Position numbers and translations under genes: made by a program
The notes under the pieces: generated by a model
What the model saw: only the letters and a program-made list of their open reading frames with translations
Told to the model about the DNA's origin: nothing
Database searches by the model: none
Assembly (NCBI GenBank): GCA_014905635.1
Contig: JABVCE010000002.1
Span: 434,001-498,000 of the forward strand
DNA: 64,000 nt
Source of the DNA: Scenedesmus sp. PABB004
Taxonomy: Eukaryota
Reading direction: 5' to 3'
Part shown: piece after piece, positions 57,743 through 64,000 of the stretch
Position numbering within the stretch: the first letter of the stretch is position 1
Layout of the letters: each line of letters starts with the position of its first letter

Positions 57743-58764
57743 GCGAGCGGCGGCGCGGGTTGTGTACATGCCATGTGCATTGTTGTGCATGCCCCTCCCA
57801 CGCACGCACGCGCGGCGGGCGTTTTCCAGGGCCCGCGCCGCGGCGAGAGAATGCGTTGCTGTTGCGAGGACTGACCGTTGCTGCTGCGCCGGGTTCCGTC
57901 CGTTGAGTACACGTCGCTACGCCGTTGCCCTGCGGTCGGGCCCTCCCTGCCCTGCGAGCAGGCAGGCAGGGGCCACGAGGGACTGTTCATGTGCCTGTGG
58001 ATGTGTGTGCCTGTGTATGTGCCTGTGCGTGTGTGCGTGTCGGCTTGACCGTCTCTGCAGCGAGCTGGGCGTGATCTGATGCGCCTGCCCTGCCGCGGCG
58101 CAGCCACAGCAGAACAGGACACGCGCGCGTCTCCGCCGGGGCAGAGGGGGGGGGGGGCAGAGAGGGGGGGGGGGGGGGAGCAGGGCTTTTGGGCGGCGCG
58201 GCCGTGTGGCCGAGCGTGCGCCGCCGCGATGCACTGCAATGCAATGCTCCTCGCACGCGCCCCGGGGGTCGCGGCCCCTGCCGCCCGCCCGGGCAGGCAG
58301 GCGTGTGCGGCACACAAGTGCGGCACAAGCGTGCGCGGGTGGGGGGCAACCCAGCGGGCGGTTCATTCTTGGCGTGCTTGGTCTTGCCTGTCTCTGGGTC
58401 GGGCGCCGCCCCATCGTCATCCCACGTGACGGGCGGACGCCTGCGCGTCGTGCGCCGTCGGATTCAAGCACACCATGCGTGCGCGCACTGCTTTGCTTGT
58501 CCAGTCAGTACAGTCAGTCAGTACAGTCAGCACAGACGCCTTGGCGCACCCCGGCCGTGATGATTGGGCCGGCGGCGCGGGCGCGTGCCGCTGCGCACGC
58601 GCGGGCGGCGCGCTGCGGCGCACCCAGTCAGGTATGAGGCGTCGCGACCCAGGCTGCGCAAGCCTGCAGCGCGTGAGCGGACGGCGGGGGCGGCCCGGCC
58701 GCGGCCGACCGGCCGCCCCCGGCGGCGCGCGGCGGTAGCTGGCAGGCGATAGGCACACACCGGT

Positions 58765-60175
58765 CCACACCGGACGACCGGACCAACACCACCACCACAC
58801 TGCACAACTTTTGGGGAGGCAGGAGTTGCCGGGCGGCGCTCGTTCGTCGCCCAGAAAAAGCGGGGCGGGGGTGTGGGGGGAGTCCAGGCTGAGCCTGAAC
58901 CTGGCTGCGCGCGCGCCGCCGCATGGCCGGGCGCGCGCAGTGGGTGGGCGGGTGCCGGTTGTAGCCAGCCAGTCAGGCGGCCGCTCGCGCGGCGGGCATC
59001 ACTTGCATCACCTGTGGACGTGGCGCAGAGAGGGCAGAGCGGTTACGCAGGGGCGGCGGTCACGTGGCGCAGCGCCCGCCCCGCCCTCATATGCGGTCGG
59101 CGGGGCCGCGCGCACTCGTTTGGATTGCGAGCACGCTCGAGCACCGATTGGAGGCAAAGCAGCTCCCGACCAGCCGCGGCGCCCATCTGTCGACGGCGGT
59201 TGTTTCTTGCGTGCGCGCGGCTCGCCTGGCGCGGCGCGCACCGCCACGCGCATTGCGCCGGCCGGCTGCCGCCGCGCCAGCAGCAGCCGGCCACGTGCAC
59301 GCGGCGGCGCGTTTGCCTTGCTGCGCGCGCCCCTGGCGCAGACTGCCCTCGAGAGAGCCTCAGAGTGACAGCCTCGCGGCACGCGGACGTGCTGCGCGCG
59401 GTGCAGCGCGTGCGCGCCGACGGCGCGGGCGCGTAAGCGCGTGCGCGCCGACGGCGCGGGCGCGTAAGCGCGCGCGCGCGCAGGCGGGGCTGTTGCAGCG
59501 CTGCGGAACTGGGAAGGAGGAGGCTTGTGGCGGAGCTGCTGCTGCATTGCAGCCCCTCGGCGGGGCGGGTGCAACTGGTGCAACTGGCGAGACTTTCAAC
59601 TGCTCACACCACCCCGCGCGCGGCCCCGCCGCCGCCTGGCAGCACCCTCGACGCCGCCGGTCAGCCTGCCCACCCGGCCGGGCCCGACGCTCGGCACACC
59701 CGCCCCTGATCCCTCACCAGCTCGTGGCCGGCTGCAGCGCCACCGCAGGCACTGCCCGCCGGCGCGGTGCCACACGCCGGCGACCCCTCCACTGCGGCGT
59801 GGTGCGCTCGCCGGCGACCACACCGGACGACCGGACCAACACCAACAACAACACCACCACACTGCACAACTTTTGGGGAGGCAGGAGTTGCCGGGCGGCG
59901 CTCGTTCGTCGCCCAGAAAAAGCGGGGCGGGGGTGTGGGGGGAGTCCAGGCTGAGCCTGAACCTGGCTGCGCGCCCCGCCGCCGCCTGGCAGCACCCTCG
60001 ACGCCGCCGGTCAGCCTGCCCACCCGGCCGGGCCCGACGCTCGGCACACCCGACCCTGATCCCTCACCAGCTCGTGGCCGGCTGCCGCACCACCGCAGGC
60101 ACTGCCCGCCGGCGCGGTGCCACACGCCGGCGACCCTCCACTGCGGCGTGAGCGCGCACGCACTCCGGCGACCAC
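58765..60175 (+). mobile_element. Putative non-autonomous tyrosine-recombinase (PAT/TOC1/Ngaro-like) retroelement with split direct repeats A1-internal-B1-A2-B2
   Basis: A1 58765-58912 matches A2 59818-59974; B1 59623-59821 matches B2 59973-60175. CCAC is shared by the left end, the B1/A2 junction and the right end. No recognisable ORF. Confidence 0.65.
59405..59466. repeat. 31-bp tandem duplication inside the split-repeat element
   Basis: AGCGCGTGCGCGCCGACGGCGCGGGCGCGTA twice, followed by a partial third copy. Confidence 0.9.
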
Positions 60176-61603
60176 TGCGGGGCGAGCGCCGAGTCTGAGC
60201 CGCCTCTCCCGGCGCGTGGGCAGGAACGCCCTGATGACCGCCACCAGCGCACCCTCGGGCAGGGCCGGGCCGCGTGGGCGCGCGCCGCGGCGCGCGGCGC
60301 TGCGAGCGGCGGCCGCGCGCCCACACGCGCGCTCTGCCTGTGAGCTCAATACAACGCCGAGGGCGGCGCACGAACGTGGCTGCGACGATCCGGCGCGGCA
60401 CCTTCGCGCCCTGTTCTGCTGGGCCGCTCGCCGGGTCCCGCCTGCGCGGCGCCCGGCCCGTCGCCCGGCACCGTGCGCGCAGGCACCGTACGCGCCGCCA
60501 GCCCAGCGCCCAGGCCGCAGTACTGTAGACGCACCCCGCACGCCAAGCCACCGCAGCAGGAGCCGGCTCGCGCGTGTCGGGCGGCCAGCGGGCGGCGGGA
60601 GGGCGTCCGCCGCACACTGGTGCGTCCTGGGCGCCTCTGCGCGACGCGCTGCGGGCCGCGCCGAGGGAGGGAGGGCGTGTTAGGCTCGCCCGCGCCCGCG
60701 CGCGGCCGCGCCTGTGCGTCCGGGCCGGCGCATCGGCGCGCACTGATTGCCAGCCGCGCACCGGGCAGCGCGCAGCCTGGATCGGACCCCCTGCCAGCGG
60801 CGCGCTGTGGAGCCACGAGAGAGTTACACGCACACTTTTGTCGTCGTTTTTCCCAGCAGCAGCAGCACGCGGCGCGCCGCCCTGCGCATGGTTTTGTCGC
60901 GCTCGGTCAGCGTCAAGCATTCACAAACAATGGGGAGGGGAGAGAGTGCCCGACAGCCCGCCGATGTCGTTATCGTCGTGCGAGCGCACTTGCCTCGCAG
61001 CAAGGCGCACCCGTCGTGCAGCAGTGCCCTGCCTGCGCTTGGATGAGTGGATGGGGGGTGCACGCGCCCGCTGCGGGGACGGCCTGCCGCCGCCCGCCGC
61101 ACCGCGTGCGGGGAGGATCAGGAGGGGTTGGGATGCGTGCGCGGCGGCCGAGGCGCGCGCGCGCACGCAAGTAAAAGCCCGCGCGTGGGCTGACAGACAC
61201 GCAGGCCAGCGCAGCCAGCGCGACCGCAGCCCCCGCGCGTGCGCACCGACATGTGACGGCCTACGGCGCGGGGGCGGCCCCTCCCTGTGAGTCATCACTG
61301 CCCCGTTGCATTCCCCGCCGCCCGCCCTGGGCCGAGAGGGGCGACCGACCGCTCGCGACCATCCTCAAAGCATCAAAGCACGCAACCACCCGGCGCCCCT
61401 CCGCGCCCCCGTGAGCACCGCAAGTTGCCGCGTGGCGCGGGCCCGCCTGTGGGCCGCTCGCACGCTGCGCGTGGCGCGCACTTCGAATGGCCCCGACGAC
61501 CCGCTTTGCCCCGCTCCCCCCAGCACGGTGATGCGCCAGCCCCGCCCCCGGCTGCTACCCACACACGCACCCGCACGCGGGGGCGCTCGGCAAGGGCGCG
61601 CGC

Positions 61604-62280
61604 TCACCACATGTGCATCACGGCGGAGAGCTCGTCGGCGGAGGGCGGCGTCTGCTGGCCCTCCTGGCCGGCCAGGTCGACAGTCATGCTTCGCAGGTCT
61701 GCCGAGAGCAGGCCCCCCGCCGAGACGTCCATCCAGGCGCCGCCGCCGCCGCCGCCCCCGCCGCGCATCGTGGGCGAGTCCAGCACGCTGCCGATCAGTG
61801 CGCTGTTGGGCGTCGAGAGGTGCAGCAGCCCGCCTCGGAAGGCCGGCAGCGCGCCGTCGTCCGCCGCGGGCGCCGCGCCGCCGCCGGCGGCGCCGCCGGC
61901 GGCGGGCGCGGCGCGCGGCGGCGGGGCCATCATGCTGCCGGGCGCGCCGGGCGCGCTGGGCAGGCGCGCGGCGCCGGCGCCGGCGCCGCCCGCGCCCGGC
62001 GAGCAGCCCGCGGCGCCGCCGGGGGGCGCGGTGAAGTCCACCAGGTGCGCGCCGACCGAGCCCTGCCCCAGCAGCCGCCCGCCCGGCGGCACGAGGCCCC
62101 CGCCGTCGGACGGCGTCACGAGCGCGTCGGCGGGCGCCTGCGGCGGCCCCGACGCCTGCGCGGGCGCCACGTGGTCGCCCGTGGCGAGCTGCAGCGCCTC
62201 GAGCATCCCGCTCATCTCCTCGTCCGGCGCGCCGCCCTCGCCGCCCGGACCGCCGGCGGCGTGCTGCTGCTGCGCCGCCG

Positions 62281-62327
<47 letters not shown>

Positions 62328-64000
62328 GCCGCCTGCTGAGCCGCCTGCGCCGCCGGCTGGTGCTGGTGCTGCGGCGGCTGCGGCGGCTGCGGCTGCAGCG
62401 GCGGCAGCCCGCCGGGCCCCCCGGCGCGGCCTGCCAGTACTCTGCCATGAACTGCGCCAGCTCCAGGCTCATCCCCCGGTCCGGCGGCGCGGGGCCCGCC
62501 GCGCGGGCGCCCGCCGCGCGGGCCGGGCCCGCGGCGGCGCCCGGCGGGCGCGGCGGCGAGCCCGGCGCGTCGCGCCGCAGGCCCGCCGCGCCGCGCGCCT
62601 GCTGCGCGTCGTACTCTGCCAGCAGGCGCGCGACCTCGGTCTGGTCCATGAGGCTGACCACGTCGCTGTCGCCGCAGCGCACCAGCGGCGGCGGGCGCTT
62701 GGCGCGCGCGCCGCCGCCGTCGCCGCCGCCGGCCTGCTGCTGCGCCAGCAGCGCCTGGCGCTGCGCGACCATGTGCTGCTGCAGCTGGCGCAGGCGCTGG
62801 CGCTGCGCGACGGCGGCCATCTCGGGGTGCTGCCGCGCCGCCGCCGCGCCGGCGCCCAGCGGCGGCGCCGCCGGCGCGGGCAGGGGCTCGTCGTTGTCTG
62901 GGATGAGGTCAGTCAGCAGCTGCAGCAGGTCCCCGCTCAGCGTGTCGTCCAGCACCGCGCCCGCCGCGCCCGGCGGCAGGCCGCCGCCCCCCAGCTGGCC
63001 GCGCACCGCCGCGAGGTGCGCCGCGCCGAGCGCCGGCTGCGGCGGCTGCGGCGCCGGCGGCGGGGCGTAGCCGCCGCTGCCGGCCGGCGCGAGCGCCGCG
63101 CGCTGCGGCGCCGCGTCGGGGTGCCCCGCCGACGTCGCGCCGCTGAAGCTCGCGCCGTCGCCGTGCGCGGCGTGGTGCGGGCCGCCGCCGTACTGCGTCG
63201 CGCTGCTGAGCGTGGGCGACCCGTGCGCGCCGCCGGGCGGGCCCGGCGCGCAGGGCGCGTCGCGCGGCAGCACGAAGCGGCCCTCGAAGCGCAGCAGGTA
63301 GTCCCGGTAGACCTGCTGCAGCGCGCGCAGCGGGTCGGGCACCTCGGGGCAGGGCCACGCGGGCAGGCCCAAGCCCTGCGCCAGGTCCTGCCAGAGCAGC
63401 AGGTCGTCCTTGGCGCGCGCGTAGCCGCCCGCCTGCATCACCAGCACAAACAGCTGGCGCAGCGGCACGAGCTGGCGGCCGACGAGCGGGCGCTGGTTGA
63501 TCGGGAGCAGCCGCCACGGCGGCGTCGCGCGGCGGCCCTCCAGGTACGAGAGCATCTCGACCACCGCCTGGCTCGCGTCGCCCTCGAGCCGGTCGCCGCC
63601 GGGCAGCCGCACCAGCAGGGGCGCCCCGCCGCAGCCAGCCGGCGCCGCGCCGGCGCCCCAGTCGCCGACTGCCTGCATGTCCAGCGCGGCGGCGGCGGCG
63701 TCGTCCAGCCCGTTGCTGCCCGCGGGCGAGAGGCCCCCGCCGAACGCCGCCGCCGCCGCGCGGCCGTTCGGCCAGCCGCCGCCGGCGCCGAGGTCGGCCA
63801 GCGAGCCCGCGGTGCCGGAGCTGCCCTCGGGCTTCGCCGCCGGCGCGCCGGGCCTGCCGCCGCGCGCCGCGTGGACGCCGCGCCGCGGCGCCGGCCGGCT
63901 GCCGGCGTCGGGCGAGTCGGGCTCGCCGAGCATCACGGGCGCGACGCCGCGCGTCGCGCGCACGGGGCGGCGCGGCAGGCCGGTGACGGGGTCGACCTCC
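61604..64000 (-). CDS. ARID/BRIGHT DNA-binding domain protein, 3' part
   Basis: RPLVGRQLVPLRQLFVLVMQAGGYARAK..WQDLAQGLGLP..LQQVYRDYLLRFE matches ARID. An apparent 1-bp frameshift near 62414 joins the polyQ C-terminal part ending MHMW*. Confidence 0.85.

Noticed and set aside
58765..60175. Interpretation as an LTR retrotransposon or solo LTR
   Set aside because: No TG..CA termini, primer-binding site or polypurine tract, and the repeat order is A-x-B-A-B rather than two complete LTRs.

Overview
Eukaryotic nuclear DNA with extremely high GC content (roughly 80% by eye), most consistent with a chlorophyte green alga. The support is compact genes, many ~90-180 nt GC-rich introns (GTGCGC/GTGAGC donors, GCTGAC/GCTCAC branch-like motifs, GCAG acceptors) and TGTAA poly(A) signals. 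Most long ORFs in the track are GC artefacts. About 20 genes can be read by splicing manually: a beta-rich repeat protein (partial), a GATA factor, a BAR-like/hemerythrin-like protein, an orphan gene, IPI1/TEX10, two paralogous intronless ankyrin genes, a RAP-domain protein, SMC5, two alpha/beta hydrolases, an atypical homeodomain-like protein, a C1orf109-like protein, cytosolic HSP70, IWS1, HPAT, a RUS-family protein, a ubinuclein/HPC2-like protein, a cyclin and an ARID protein (partial). Five structures stand out. (1) A 1.4 kb non-coding element with A1-internal-B1-A2-B2 split direct repeats and a shared CCAC core, the layout of PAT/TOC1/Ngaro tyrosine-recombinase retroelements. (2) A pair of DARPin-like ankyrin genes with conserved scaffold and caps but variable binding-face residues and repeat number. 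(3) An orphan gene bracketed by ~700 bp inverted repeats that copy its putative promoter in antisense orientation. (4) A perfect 20-bp stem covering a 5' splice site in the RUS gene. (5) Many GC-AG introns. Several 1-2 bp frameshifts in conserved genes suggest assembly indel errors. Family calls come from recognised motifs, not database searches, and exon boundaries are manual.
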